A model generated the notes under the pieces. The model searched no databases and had not been told where the DNA came from. It saw nothing but the letters and a program-made list of their open reading frames with translations. Below are positions 13,588-25,114 of a stretch of DNA of 64,000 nucleotides, piece after piece. The stretch spans positions 372,001-436,000 of the forward strand of contig NZ_JABEMC010000002.1 in the NCBI RefSeq assembly GCF_013004595.1. Reading direction: 5' to 3'. The translations under genes and the position numbers were made by a program. Position 1 is the stretch's first letter. Every line of letters starts with the position of its first letter. This DNA is from Brevibacterium luteolum (GTDB lineage: Bacteria > Actinomycetota > Actinomycetes > Actinomycetales > Brevibacteriaceae).

Positions 13588-15825
13588 ATGAGCGATTCGA
13601 AACAGCCGTCAGATCCGATAGAGCCTTCAGACTCGAACGCCCCACACGACGCCCGCCCCGGTGCCACTGCAGCAGCCACCGATGCTGCAGGGGCACCGGT
13701 TGACCGTGCACCGGCTGACGGTTCGCCGGGAGACCCGCCTCCGCCCAACTGGCCGGTCTTCCTCATCTCCGGCATCAGCATCCTGGCGATCGCCCTGTGG
13801 GCGATCATCGCCCCGGAGAACGCCGACCTCGTGCTCAACACCGCCGTCGGCTGGATCTCAGCGAACTTCGGCTGGTACTACATCCTGACCGCCACACTCA
13901 TCATCGTCTTCGTCATCATGATGGCCGCCGGCCGCACCGGCAAGATCCGTCTTGGCCCGCAGCACTCCCGACCGCAGTTCAGCCTGTTCACCTGGACGGC
14001 GATGCTGTTCGCTGCCGGCATCGGCATCGACCTGATGTTCTTCTCGGTCTCCGAACCGGCCTCCCAGTTCCTGTTCCCGCCAGAGGGCGCGGTCGACGAC
14101 CCGCTCAACCCGGACACCGATCCGAACGGCCGGGCGCGCATGGCCGTCATCTGGACGCTGTTCCACTATGGCATCACCGGCTGGGCGATGTACGCCCTCA
14201 TGGGCATGGCGTTCGCCTACTTCGCCTACCGCAAGAACATGCCGCTCTCAATCCGCTCGATCCTGTACTGGGCGATCGGCAAGCGCATCAACGGCTGGCT
14301 GGGCTCCACCATCGACGTCGCCGCAGTGCTCGGCACCGTCTTCGGCATCGCTACCTCACTGGGCATCGGCGTCGTGCAGCTCAATTACGGCCTGCACCTG
14401 ATGTTCGGCGTCCCCGAGGGCGTCGGCGCCCAGATCGGCCTCATCGCCCTGGCCGTGCTCATGGCCACGATCTCGACCGTCACCGGTGTCGAGAAGGGCA
14501 TCCGCCGTCTGTCTGAGCTCAACGTCATCCTCGCCATCGTGCTGCTGGCCCACATTCTCATCACCGGCAAGACCCGGTTCCTCTTCGACGCACTCGTGAC
14601 CAACATCGGCGAGTACCTCTACGAGCTGCCGCGGATGACCCTCGACGTCTTCCCGTTCATCCAGCCCGATGACTGGATGGCCGGCTGGACGCTGTTCTTC
14701 TGGGCCTGGTGGGTGGCCTGGGCGCCGTTCGTCGGACTGTTCCTCGCCCGCATCTCCCGCGGCCGTACGATCCGCCAGTTCGTCATCGGGGTGCTCATCG
14801 TCCCCTTCACCTTCATCGCCATCTTCATCTCGATCTTCGGCAACTCCACGCTGCGTCTCGTGCTCGACGGCAACCTGGAATTCGCCGACGTCGCCGCCAA
14901 CACCCCCGAGCGTGCCTTCTACTCGCTGCTGGAGATGTACCCCGGCGCCCCGGCCGTCATCGGCCTGGCCACCATCGTCGGACTGCTCTTCTACGTCACA
15001 TCCGCAGACTCCGGCGCACTCGTGCTGGCGAACTTCACCTCCCACACCCATGACCCGAACACCGACGGCCGCAAGGGGCTGCGCGTGTTCTGGGCGATCG
15101 CCACCGGCGTGCTGACGCTCGGCATGCTCATCGTCGACGGCGTCACCACCCTGCAGGGAGCCACTCTCATCATCGGACTGCCGTTCTCGGTCGTGCTCTA
15201 TCTCGTCATGCTGTCGCTGTACCGGGCGCTGCAGGTCGAGCTCGACGTCACCGACAGCCGGTTCAACAGCCTGCCCGGCCGCCTGTCCGGCCAGGCAGGA
15301 CTGTCCTGGCAGCAGCGCCTGCGCCGCGCCACGAGCTTCCCCAGCCGCGGGGCCGCCTCCCGCTACTTCAAGTCCACTGTCATCCCGGCGCTGACCGAGG
15401 TGGCCGAGGAGCTGCGCGCCAACGGCTCAGACGCCCGCCTCGACACCTCGGAAGTGGTCTCCCACAAGCTGCCGCAGGCAGCGCTGACGATCGAGTTCGA
15501 GGACGCGGAGCCGTGTGTCTACCAGGTCTACCCGGTGGCCGCGCAGATGCCGTCGTTCGCCCTCAACACCGCCCGCGAAGGCAGTGACGCATACTACCGC
15601 CTCGAAGTCTTCAACACCGAGGGATCGCGTGGATACGATGTTTTCGGGTACACCAAGGAACAGCTCATCTCCGACGTCCTCAGCAGCTTCGAGGCACACC
15701 TGGAGTTCCTGCGGATCTCAGACGGCACCCCGCCGGACGTCGCCGCAGCATCGACCACCGCCCTCACCACAGATTGGGAAGAGGAAACCCCTGACAAGAC
15801 ACGGACTGAGTCCAGCGACCGCTGA
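13588..15825 (+). CDS. betT: BCCT family choline transporter with C-terminal extension
   Basis: WTAMLFAAGIGID, WTLFFWAWWVAWAPFVG; C-terminal YDVFGYTKEQLISDVL; next to choline oxidation genes. Confidence 0.92.
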   Translation: MSDSKQPSDPIEPSDSNAPHDARPGATAAATDAAGAPVDRAPADGSPGDPPPPNWPVFLISGISILAIALWAIIAPENADLVLNTAVGWISANFGWYYILTATLIIVFVIMMAAGRTGKIRLGPQHSRPQFSLFTWTAMLFAAGIGIDLMFFSVSEPASQFLFPPEGAVDDPLNPDTDPNGRARMAVIWTLFHYGITGWAMYALMGMAFAYFAYRKNMPLSIRSILYWAIGKRINGWLGSTIDVAAVLGTVFGIATSLGIGVVQLNYGLHLMFGVPEGVGAQIGLIALAVLMATISTVTGVEKGIRRLSELNVILAIVLLAHILITGKTRFLFDALVTNIGEYLYELPRMTLDVFPFIQPDDWMAGWTLFFWAWWVAWAPFVGLFLARISRGRTIRQFVIGVLIVPFTFIAIFISIFGNSTLRLVLDGNLEFADVAANTPERAFYSLLEMYPGAPAVIGLATIVGLLFYVTSADSGALVLANFTSHTHDPNTDGRKGLRVFWAIATGVLTLGMLIVDGVTTLQGATLIIGLPFSVVLYLVMLSLYRALQVELDVTDSRFNSLPGRLSGQAGLSWQQRLRRATSFPSRGAASRYFKSTVIPALTEVAEELRANGSDARLDTSEVVSHKLPQAALTIEFEDAEPCVYQVYPVAAQMPSFALNTAREGSDAYYRLEVFNTEGSRGYDVFGYTKEQLISDVLSSFEAHLEFLRISDGTPPDVAAASTTALTTDWEEETPDKTRTESSDR

Positions 15826-15855
15826 CCTCAGCGCTGTGCAGAAATGAGGAGTGCC

Positions 15856-17328
<1,473 letters not shown>

Positions 17329-17337
17329 GAGGGAGCC

Positions 17338-18900
17338 ATGGAGACCACCCACACTTTCGACTACATCGTCGTCGGCGGCGGTTCGGCCGGTGCGGCCGTC
17401 GCTGCCCGCCTGAGCGAGGACCCCACCGTCACCGTCGGACTGCTCGAGGCCGGCCCGAGTGATGAGGACCTCGACGTGGTCCTCACCCTCAACCGGTGGA
17501 TGGAGCTGCTCGAATCCGGCTACGACTGGGACTACCCGATCGAAGAGCAGGCCAACGGCAACTCGTTCATGCGCCATGCCCGCGCCAAGGTGCTCGGCGG
17601 CTGCTCCTCGCACAACTCCTGCATCGCCTTCTGGGCGCCGAAGGAGGACCTCGACGCCTGGGCGCACACCTACGGTGCGACCGGCTGGGAGGCGGAGAAG
17701 ACCTTCCCGCTGTTCACCAAGCTCGAGACCAATGAGGACGACGGCCCGCTGCACGGCTACGACGGCCCGGTCGAGCTCATGAACGTCCCGCCGAAGGACC
17801 CCTGCGGTGTGGCCGTGCTCGACGCCTGTGAACAGGCTGGCATCCCGCGCGCGCAGTTCAACACCGGTGAGACCGTCGTCAACGGCGCGAACTTCTTCCA
17901 GATCAACCGCAGGGCCGACGGCACCCGCGCGTCGTCCTCGGTGTCGTACCTGCACCCGAACCTGAAGCGTGAGAACCTCACGATCCTCACCGACACGTGG
18001 GTGCGCGAACTCGAGTTCGACGACAGCAACACCTGCACCGGCGTCCATGTCGTCAACAACGCCTTCGGCACCACCCAGCGGATCGCAGCCAACCGCGAGG
18101 TCATCGTCTCCGCCGGCGCGATCGACACCCCGAAGCTGCTCATGCTCTCGGGCATCGGCCCGGCCGCCCACCTTAAGGAGGTCGGCGTCGACGTGCGCGT
18201 CGACGCCCCGGGTGTGGGCTCCAACCTGCAGGACCACCCCGAGGCGGTCATCCAGTGGGAGGCGAAGAAGCCGATGGTCACTGAATCGACCCAGTGGTGG
18301 GAGATCGGCATCTTCACCCGCATCGACGGCGAGGGCGACGTGCCCGACCTCATGATGCACTACGGTTCGGTGCCCTTCGACATGCACACCCTGCGCCAGG
18401 GCTATCCGACCTCGGAGAACGCCTTCTGCCTGACCCCCAACGTCCCGCACGCCCGCTCGCGGGGCACCGTGCGCCTGCGCAGCCTCGACTACCGGGACAA
18501 GCCGAAGGTCGATCCGCGCTACTTCACCGACCCCGAGGGCTATGACATGCACATCATGGTCGAGGGCATCAAGAAGGCCCGCGAGATCGTCTCCCAGCCG
18601 GCGCTGGCCGAATGGGCCGGCCGCGAACTCTACCCGGGAGACGACGTGCAGACCGATGAGCAGATTGAAGACTACATCGTCCGCACCCACAACACTGTCT
18701 ACCACCCGGCCGGCACCGTCCGGATGGGCCCGGCGGACGACAGCGAATCGCCGCTGACCCCCGATCTCAAGGTCAAGGGCGTCACGGGCCTGCGCGTGGC
18801 CGACGCTTCGGTCATGCCGCTCATCACCGCTGTCAACCCGAACATCACCGTCATGATGATCGGCGAGAAGTGCGCCGAGCTCATCAAGCAGGACAGCTGA
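17338..18900 (+). CDS. codA: Choline oxidase (GMC oxidoreductase)
   Basis: GGGSAG; RWMELLESGYDWDYPIE..NGNSFMRHARAKVLGGCSSHNSCIAFW resembles Arthrobacter choline oxidase; VYHPAGT, NPNITVMMIGE. Confidence 0.92.
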   Translation: METTHTFDYIVVGGGSAGAAVAARLSEDPTVTVGLLEAGPSDEDLDVVLTLNRWMELLESGYDWDYPIEEQANGNSFMRHARAKVLGGCSSHNSCIAFWAPKEDLDAWAHTYGATGWEAEKTFPLFTKLETNEDDGPLHGYDGPVELMNVPPKDPCGVAVLDACEQAGIPRAQFNTGETVVNGANFFQINRRADGTRASSSVSYLHPNLKRENLTILTDTWVRELEFDDSNTCTGVHVVNNAFGTTQRIAANREVIVSAGAIDTPKLLMLSGIGPAAHLKEVGVDVRVDAPGVGSNLQDHPEAVIQWEAKKPMVTESTQWWEIGIFTRIDGEGDVPDLMMHYGSVPFDMHTLRQGYPTSENAFCLTPNVPHARSRGTVRLRSLDYRDKPKVDPRYFTDPEGYDMHIMVEGIKKAREIVSQPALAEWAGRELYPGDDVQTDEQIEDYIVRTHNTVYHPAGTVRMGPADDSESPLTPDLKVKGVTGLRVADASVMPLITAVNPNITVMMIGEKCAELIKQDS

Positions 18901-18921
18901 GCCTGACAGACTCACCCAGAA

Positions 18922-18957
18922 AGGGGGCGGGCAGCGATGATTCGCTGCCCGCCCCCT
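18922..18957. terminator. Hairpin between convergent codA and flotillin
   Basis: 16-bp perfect stem AGGGGGCGGGCAGCGA/TCGCTGCCCGCCCCCT. Confidence 0.8.
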
Positions 18958-18984
18958 GTTGGTCATCGGCTCGGTGACCTCAGA

Positions 18985-20400
18985 TCAGGACGTCTCCTCC
19001 GCCTCGGTGGTGGCTGGCGGCTGAGATGCCCCGGCACCCGGAGCGGGCTGAGATGCGGAAGTCTCAGAGTCTGCGGCTGTGTGCAGAAGGGTCCGGAGGT
19101 CGACTCCGGTGGTCTCATCGACGACCTGCAGCACTTTGGCGAGGTTGACGCCGATGTTCTCGCTGAGCTTCCCTTCCCCATCGGAGGAGATGATCGAGAG
19201 CCTGTCGATGCTGCCGTAGGGCTCAGCCAGTCGGCCGGCCATCTCCGGCAGCACCTTGAGGATCTCGGCCAGGCGCGCGGCATCGTTGTAGGAGGCGTAT
19301 GCCTCGGCGGCGGCCTCGATCGCCCGTGCCTCGGCCTCACCGCGAGCGGCCACCGCAGCGGCCTCGGCCCGACCGCGCGTCTCAGCGGCCGCAGCGTCGT
19401 TCTGCGCTTCGACCAGTGCCGCTGCCGAGGCGCGCTCGCGCCGGTAGTGATCGGCATCGGCGTCGCGTTCGGCGGCGTACTTCTTGGCATCGGCTGGCTT
19501 CTGCACCTCACCGATGAGTTCGCGCTCACGCAGCTCGTTGTTGCGGTCGGCGATCTTCTGCTTCTCATCCAGGATGCGCTGCTCCTGCTCCGCACGGGCC
19601 AGCTCCTCAGCGGCAGCCGCCTGCGCCTTCTCGGCAGCGGTCTCACGCTGGATCGCGGCCTGGCGCAGCTCGAGGTCCTTCTGGGACTCGGCCACCCGCT
19701 GGGCATCGGCGTTCGAGGCCTCGGTCGCCTTGCGGCGCGACTCCGATTCGGCGATCGCGGCGCGCTCGGCGACGAGTGCCGCCTCGGGCCGGCCGAGATC
19801 CTTGAGATAGCCGTCATCGTCTTCGATCGAGATGATCTGGAAGGTGTCGATGACCAGGCCCTGGTTGTTCATCGAATCCGCGGCATCGGCCCGCACCTGC
19901 GCGGCGAACTCGGCGCGGTCGCGCAGCACCTGCTCGACCGTCAGCGTGCCGATGACCGCGCGCAGCGTACCGGAGAGGATCTCCTGGCAGTAGTTGTCGA
20001 TGGCCTTCTGCTGATCGAGGAACCGCTGGGCTGCCTTGCGGATGTCGGCAACCGATTCGCCGACTTTGATCTGGGCGACACCGCGCAGCCGGAGGAAGAT
20101 GTTGTTCGACGAGTAGCCCTCGATCTCGATGCTGATCTGGCGCGAGGACAGCGAGATCGTGTGCGCGCGGTCGAACAGCGGCCTGACGATCGCGCGACCG
20201 CCGACCACGACGCGGGTGCCGCTTTCGAGGTCGACGTCCCCGCCCTTGCTGCGGGTGGGTGCGCGGCCGGTGATGACGAGCGCCTCATTGGGCGCAGCGA
20301 CGCGGTAGGCGCGGCGGAACATGATGAAACCGATGATGCCGATGATGAAGACGACGGCGAGGATCGCGCCGATACCGGTCACCAGTGTGGGATCGAACAT
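18985..20400 (-). CDS. Flotillin / SPFH domain protein
   Basis: N-terminal TM, PNEALVITG, AAQRFL, GTLRAVIGTLTVE, AEA-rich coiled coil. Confidence 0.93.
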   Translation of the reverse strand: MFDPTLVTGIGAILAVVFIIGIIGFIMFRRAYRVAAPNEALVITGRAPTRSKGGDVDLESGTRVVVGGRAIVRPLFDRAHTISLSSRQISIEIEGYSSNNIFLRLRGVAQIKVGESVADIRKAAQRFLDQQKAIDNYCQEILSGTLRAVIGTLTVEQVLRDRAEFAAQVRADAADSMNNQGLVIDTFQIISIEDDDGYLKDLGRPEAALVAERAAIAESESRRKATEASNADAQRVAESQKDLELRQAAIQRETAAEKAQAAAAEELARAEQEQRILDEKQKIADRNNELRERELIGEVQKPADAKKYAAERDADADHYRRERASAAALVEAQNDAAAAETRGRAEAAAVAARGEAEARAIEAAAEAYASYNDAARLAEILKVLPEMAGRLAEPYGSIDRLSIISSDGEGKLSENIGVNLAKVLQVVDETTGVDLRTLLHTAADSETSASQPAPGAGASQPPATTEAEETS

Positions 20401-20496
20401 GGGGATTCTCCTGAAAGTGACAGCGCGGGGCTGCTGGCAGTGCCGAATAGGTCACTGGCAGACTATCCGAAGAATCTGAGGCGCGGCACCGTCAGC

Positions 20497-20536
20497 TCGC
20501 AGCGGGCCGGCACCTGCGGCTGCCGGCCCGCTGCGA
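20497..20536 (-). terminator. Hairpin downstream of metE
   Basis: 16-bp stem TCGCAGCGGGCCGGCA/TGCCGGCCCGCTGCGA. Confidence 0.75.
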
Positions 20537-20563
20537 AACCAGGGACAGGGTCGTCGTCCTAGG

Positions 20564-22933
20564 TCAGAAGGCTGCACCAGTGGCCGCAGGAACTTCCTCG
20601 GCGGCGCGAACGCGCACTGCGTCACGGGCGGCGATGAGGTTCTCCAATGCCGGACGGACCTCCTCGTACCGGCGGGTTTTGAGTCCGCAGTCAGGATTCA
20701 CCCACAGGCGATGGCGCGGCACGTGGGTCAGGGCTGCCTCCAGCAGGCCAACGAGCTCATCGACCGAGGGCACCCGCGGGGAGTGGATATCGTAAACGCC
20801 TGGGCCGACGCTGCGGTCGAACTCGGCGGGGTCGAGGCTGTCGAGCAGCTCCATCCGCGAACGGGCGGCTTCGATGCTCGTGACATCGGCATCGAGGGCA
20901 TCGATGGCGTCGATGACCTGCTCGAACTCCGAATAGCACAGATGCGTGTGGATCTGGGTGCCCGGCTCCACGCCGATGCTGGCCAACCGGAAGGCATCGA
21001 CCGCCCAGTCCAGATAGGCGTTCCGGGCATCGGCGCGCAGCGGCAGCAGCTCACGCAGAGCCGGCTCATCGATCTGGATGATCCGGATGCCGGCGGCCTC
21101 CAGTTCGGCAACTTCGTCGGAGAGCGCCAGGCCGATCTGCTCAGCAGCAGTCGACAGCGGCACGTCATCGCGTACGAAGGACCACGACAGGATCGTCACC
21201 GGGCCGGTGAGCATTCCCTTGACCGGTGTGTCGGTCAGGCTGGCGGCAAAGGTCGACCACGGCACCGTGATCGGAGCCGGCCGGTGCACGTCGCCGAACA
21301 GGATCGGCGGGCGGGTGCAGCGGGTGCCGTAGGACTGCACCCAGCCGTGATCGGTGACCGCGAAACCGGCCAGGTGCTCGGCGAAGTACTGCACCATGTC
21401 GTTGCGCTCGGGCTCACCGTGGACGATGACATCGAAGCCGAGCTCCTCCTGCAGGCGCACCACCTCGGCGATCTCGGCCCGCATCGTCGCCTGGTACTGC
21501 ACCTCGGTGATGCGCTCATCGCGCAGCGCGGCTCGGGCGCGGCGCACCTCGGGCGTCTGCGGGAACGAGCCGATCGTCGTCGTCGGCAGCACCGGCAGGC
21601 TGAGCGCCTCCTGGGCCCGCCGGCGCTCTTCGAGGCTGCCAGCGCGCACCCGACGCTCACCGATGGCAGCGGTGCGGGCACGCACCTCGGGGTTGAGTAC
21701 GCGGTCGGACTCTGCGCGGGTGCGCACCGCCCGGGCCGACCGGTCGAAGACGGGCTTACGGACACCGGCCGGGTCGGCAGCACCGCTGCCGCGGGCCCCC
21801 AGTGCCGCCGCGAGCGCCTCGACCTCGGTGAGCTTCTCAGCGGCGAAGGACAGCCAGCCGGCCACATCAACCGGCAGCCGGGTCTCGGCGGCCACTGTGT
21901 AGGGGACATGCAGCAGCGAGGTCGAGGTGGAGACCGAGACGTCGCGGCCACGGTCCTGCAGCCCGGTGAGCACCTCGAGCTCGGCAGCCAGGTCGGCAGC
22001 CCAGATGTTTCGGCCGTCGACCACCCCTGCCACCAGCCGGGTGGCGCCGAAGTCCGCTGTCTGCAGGCGGGCCAGCCAACCAGGGTCCACGGCTCGGGTG
22101 GCGGGCGAGACATCGACGCCCAGCGCCTCGGGCCCGGCGGCCAGCAGGGTCTCAAGTCCTGCCCGCAGCGCACCATATGGCGCGGTGATGAGCACCTGCG
22201 GGCGCTCACCGGCTGACAGCAGACGGGCGTGCGCGTCACCGGCGCAGGCGGCCAGGTCGGCATCGCTGATCGCGTCGATGTCGGTCACCAGGATCGGCTC
22301 ATCGAGCTGCACCCACTCGACTCCGGCGGCATGGAGGGCAGCCAGAAGTTCGGCGTAGACCTCGACGAGCTCGTCGAGCCGCTCCAGCGGCGCGTGCTCT
22401 GCTCCGGCCGCCGGCTTCGACAGCGCCAGCAGGGTCACCGGACCCACCAGCACCGGACGGATCCGATGCCCGGCCTGCCGCGCCTCGGCGACGAGGTCGA
22501 GGAGACGCTGCGGGCGGGCGGTGAAGGTGCGCTCATCGGCGACTTCAGGCACCAGGTAGTGGTAGTTCGTGTCGAACCACTTCGTCATCTCCAGCGGCGG
22601 ACGCTCTGCGGTGCCGCGGGCCAGAGCGAAGTACTCACCCAGGGCGGTGCCGGACGGATCCTCGCCGACGATGCCGGTGGTGATGGCAGCGTCGAGGACC
22701 TGGTCGTAGGCGGAGAAGTCGCCGGGGATCGCGTAGTCGGCGGCCAGGCCGAGCTCGCGCTGCCGCTCATAGGCGGTCACTCGCAGACTGTGGGCGGCAT
22801 CGGCATAAGAGGCTTCGTCGATGGTGCCGGCCCACAGTGCTTCGAGGGCGCGCTTGAGTTCGCGGCGCGGGCCGATGCGCGGCAGCCCGGTGACGGTTGC
22901 AGGCGGGAACGCACACTTCTGTGAGGCGGTCAA
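20564..22933 (-). CDS. metE: Cobalamin-independent methionine synthase
   Basis: PRIGPRRELK, EMTKWFDTNYHY, TTTIGSFPQT, HGEPERNDMV, HLCYSE, NPDCGLKTR; TTG start overlaps the metF stop. Confidence 0.96.
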   Translation of the reverse strand: MTASQKCAFPPATVTGLPRIGPRRELKRALEALWAGTIDEASYADAAHSLRVTAYERQRELGLAADYAIPGDFSAYDQVLDAAITTGIVGEDPSGTALGEYFALARGTAERPPLEMTKWFDTNYHYLVPEVADERTFTARPQRLLDLVAEARQAGHRIRPVLVGPVTLLALSKPAAGAEHAPLERLDELVEVYAELLAALHAAGVEWVQLDEPILVTDIDAISDADLAACAGDAHARLLSAGERPQVLITAPYGALRAGLETLLAAGPEALGVDVSPATRAVDPGWLARLQTADFGATRLVAGVVDGRNIWAADLAAELEVLTGLQDRGRDVSVSTSTSLLHVPYTVAAETRLPVDVAGWLSFAAEKLTEVEALAAALGARGSGAADPAGVRKPVFDRSARAVRTRAESDRVLNPEVRARTAAIGERRVRAGSLEERRRAQEALSLPVLPTTTIGSFPQTPEVRRARAALRDERITEVQYQATMRAEIAEVVRLQEELGFDVIVHGEPERNDMVQYFAEHLAGFAVTDHGWVQSYGTRCTRPPILFGDVHRPAPITVPWSTFAASLTDTPVKGMLTGPVTILSWSFVRDDVPLSTAAEQIGLALSDEVAELEAAGIRIIQIDEPALRELLPLRADARNAYLDWAVDAFRLASIGVEPGTQIHTHLCYSEFEQVIDAIDALDADVTSIEAARSRMELLDSLDPAEFDRSVGPGVYDIHSPRVPSVDELVGLLEAALTHVPRHRLWVNPDCGLKTRRYEEVRPALENLIAARDAVRVRAAEEVPAATGAAF

Positions 22934-23916
22934 GGGAAGTCCTTTCGGTCGACGATCAGCCGGGCGAGGGTGGCTGGTCGCAGGCGGGAGAGCAGTTCGG
23001 TGATGGTCGTCGGGTCGTTGAAGGTGTAGAAGTGCAGGCCCGGCACCCCGGCGGCGATGAGCTCGTCGACGAAACCGGCGGTGAGGTCCAGGCCGATGTC
23101 GTACTCCTCGGCTGGGCTGCGGGCTGCGGCCAGCGTCTGGGAAATGCGCGGCGGTGGCGTGAGCCCGGAGAGCCGACACATCCGCTGCAGGCGCGCGGTG
23201 CCGGTGATCGGCATGATCCCCGGGATGATCGGCAGGGTGACGCCGGCCAGCCGAGCACGCTCGGCAACAGCGGTGATGAGGGCGGAGTCGAAGAACAGCT
23301 GTGTGATGGCGAAGTCGGCGCCGTTGCGCTGCTTGGCGGCCAGCACGTCGATGTCCTCCGCCGGATGCCGTGACTCGGGATGCCCGCTCGGGTAGGCCGC
23401 CACCCCGATCGCCAGCCTGCCGCCGCACAGCCGGGCGACATGGCCCTGCTCGACCTCGCGCAGCAGTGCTACGAGCGCATCGGCGTGCGCGAGGTGCCCG
23501 CGCGGGGGAGCCGACTGCCCGGCTGCCAGATCCCCGCGGACGGCGAGGAATCCGCGCACCCCGGCGTCGATGAACCACTCGATCCACTCGATCAGCTCGC
23601 TGCGCGGGGCTGCGGTGCACGTCAGGTGGGCCAGCGGCCGCAGCCGGGTGGTCGCGGCCAGCTGCTCGATGAAGGCCGCCGTCCCCGCCGACCAGCCGGT
23701 GCCCACCGCTGAGGTGACGGCGAGGTAGTCGGGGTCGTAGGAGGCCAGCAGCTCCAGCAGCGCACCGGAGCGCTGCTGCTGGGCGGCACTGCGCGGGGGC
23801 ATGACTTCGAAGGACAGCGCCAAACGGGTCCCGGACGTCCCTGCGGCCACGCCGGCCTCCGGTGCGGCGGCCGGCGACCAGGCATCGAGGGGTGCTGAGG
23901 CGGAGATCGTGCTCAC
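22930..23916 (-). CDS. metF: 5,10-methylenetetrahydrofolate reductase
   Basis: SFEVMPP, AHLTC, LAVRGD, AAYPSGHPES, FAITQLFF, LHFYTFN. Confidence 0.93.
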   Translation of the reverse strand: MSTISASAPLDAWSPAAAPEAGVAAGTSGTRLALSFEVMPPRSAAQQQRSGALLELLASYDPDYLAVTSAVGTGWSAGTAAFIEQLAATTRLRPLAHLTCTAAPRSELIEWIEWFIDAGVRGFLAVRGDLAAGQSAPPRGHLAHADALVALLREVEQGHVARLCGGRLAIGVAAYPSGHPESRHPAEDIDVLAAKQRNGADFAITQLFFDSALITAVAERARLAGVTLPIIPGIMPITGTARLQRMCRLSGLTPPPRISQTLAAARSPAEEYDIGLDLTAGFVDELIAAGVPGLHFYTFNDPTTITELLSRLRPATLARLIVDRKDFP

Positions 23917-24953
23917 TGGGCTTCCGGCGAGGCAGTCAGCAGATCGGGGTGGTGGAGTGCGGCGACGTCGGGGTGGGAGCGCAGTCGAGAGGCCAGCGCG
24001 TTCTCCCCGTAGACAGCGTGCAGCGTGTCGCGCTCATCAGCGCTCACCCCGCGCGCGGATGGGGCCAGTTCAGCAGGCAGGGTCACCTCGGGCAGGCTGG
24101 CGCGCAGGGCGGGGTTGTAGAAGAACGGCACCGAGATCCGGTCCGCACCCGGTGCGGTCGGCAGCACGCGGTGGACGGTGGCGCGCAGGTAGCCGCCCGT
24201 GGCGACTTCGAGCAGCTTGCCGATGTTGACGACGAAGGTGTTCTCGATCGGTTCGACATCGATCCACCGGTCCTCATGCAGCACCTGCAGCCCGGTGGTC
24301 CCCGGCTGCGGGTACAGCAGGGTGAGCACCCCGCCGTCGCGGTGCGCGCCGACGCCCTGGGTGATGTCCTCGGTGGCCGTGCCCGAGGCGGTGGCAGGCT
24401 CGGGTGCCGGGTAGCGGACGATCTTGATGAAGGACTCGGGGTCTTCGGCGAAGGCCGGTGCGAAGAAGTCAGCCGGCTGGCCGAGGCTCACCGCCCATTC
24501 GGACAGCAGCCGGGCTGCGACCGCACTCAGCTGGGTGTGCCAGGCGTCGGTGACGGCCCTGAGCTCCGGCAGGGCCTCCGGGTAGAGGTTCGGGCCGGTG
24601 AGCCGGTCGTAGGCGTGCAGCGGTTCGGCGACCGGTGCGCGGTGTGGGCCGATGTCGATCTGCTCGCGCCAGTCGACCAGGCCCTGGGTGCGCTCGCCGC
24701 CAGTGCGGGTGTAGCCGCGGAAGTGCGGGGAGCGGGTGTTCTCGATGGCGAGCTTGTCCTCCTCGGGCAGGGCGAAGAAGCGCTCAGCGGTCTCAAGCAG
24801 GGCGGTGAAGTCTGCGGCGGGGATGCCGTGGCCGGTGAGGTAGAAGAACCCGATCGAATGGGTGACCTCGCGCAGCTGGCGGCGGAAGTCGGCGGCCAGC
24901 TGCGGGTCGTCGGCGCGGGACAGGTCGAGGATGGGCAAGCGGGTCAGCGGCAT
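23913..24953 (-). CDS. 2-oxoglutarate/Fe(II) oxygenase (IPNS-like family)
   Basis: LPILDLS, GFFYLTGHG, HRD...H facial triad (GAHRDGG; ATVHRV), RIS 2OG-binding motif. Confidence 0.92.
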   Translation of the reverse strand: MPLTRLPILDLSRADDPQLAADFRRQLREVTHSIGFFYLTGHGIPAADFTALLETAERFFALPEEDKLAIENTRSPHFRGYTRTGGERTQGLVDWREQIDIGPHRAPVAEPLHAYDRLTGPNLYPEALPELRAVTDAWHTQLSAVAARLLSEWAVSLGQPADFFAPAFAEDPESFIKIVRYPAPEPATASGTATEDITQGVGAHRDGGVLTLLYPQPGTTGLQVLHEDRWIDVEPIENTFVVNIGKLLEVATGGYLRATVHRVLPTAPGADRISVPFFYNPALRASLPEVTLPAELAPSARGVSADERDTLHAVYGENALASRLRSHPDVAALHHPDLLTASPEAQ

Positions 24954-25047
24954 GATGGCTCCTAGGTCTGTGGGAGGACTGATGCGGAACTCACGCTAGG
25001 TCCGGGCGGCGGCCGGAGCCGGTGGGGATGTCACGGCACGCCTCATA

Positions 25048-25096
25048 GCGTCATAAACATGCCATGCAGCGTCATGAATGCGACTTCTCGCGTCAT
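25048..25096. repeat. Three GCGTCAT heptamers at exact 21-bp spacing
   Basis: Copies at 25048, 25069 and 25090 upstream of the oxygenase-metF-metE operon. Confidence 0.8.
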
Positions 25097-25114
25097 CTGC
25101 CGACGCACAGCCGG

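Noticed and set aside
20564..23620. Apparent 1018-aa MetE or MetF-MetE fusion
   Set aside because: The first 229 aa are an off-frame reading of metF; MetE homology begins at TTG 22933, which has its own RBS
24954..25114. SAM or cobalamin riboswitch ahead of the met operon
   Set aside because: No recognisable SAM-I, SAM-IV or B12 consensus elements on the minus strand
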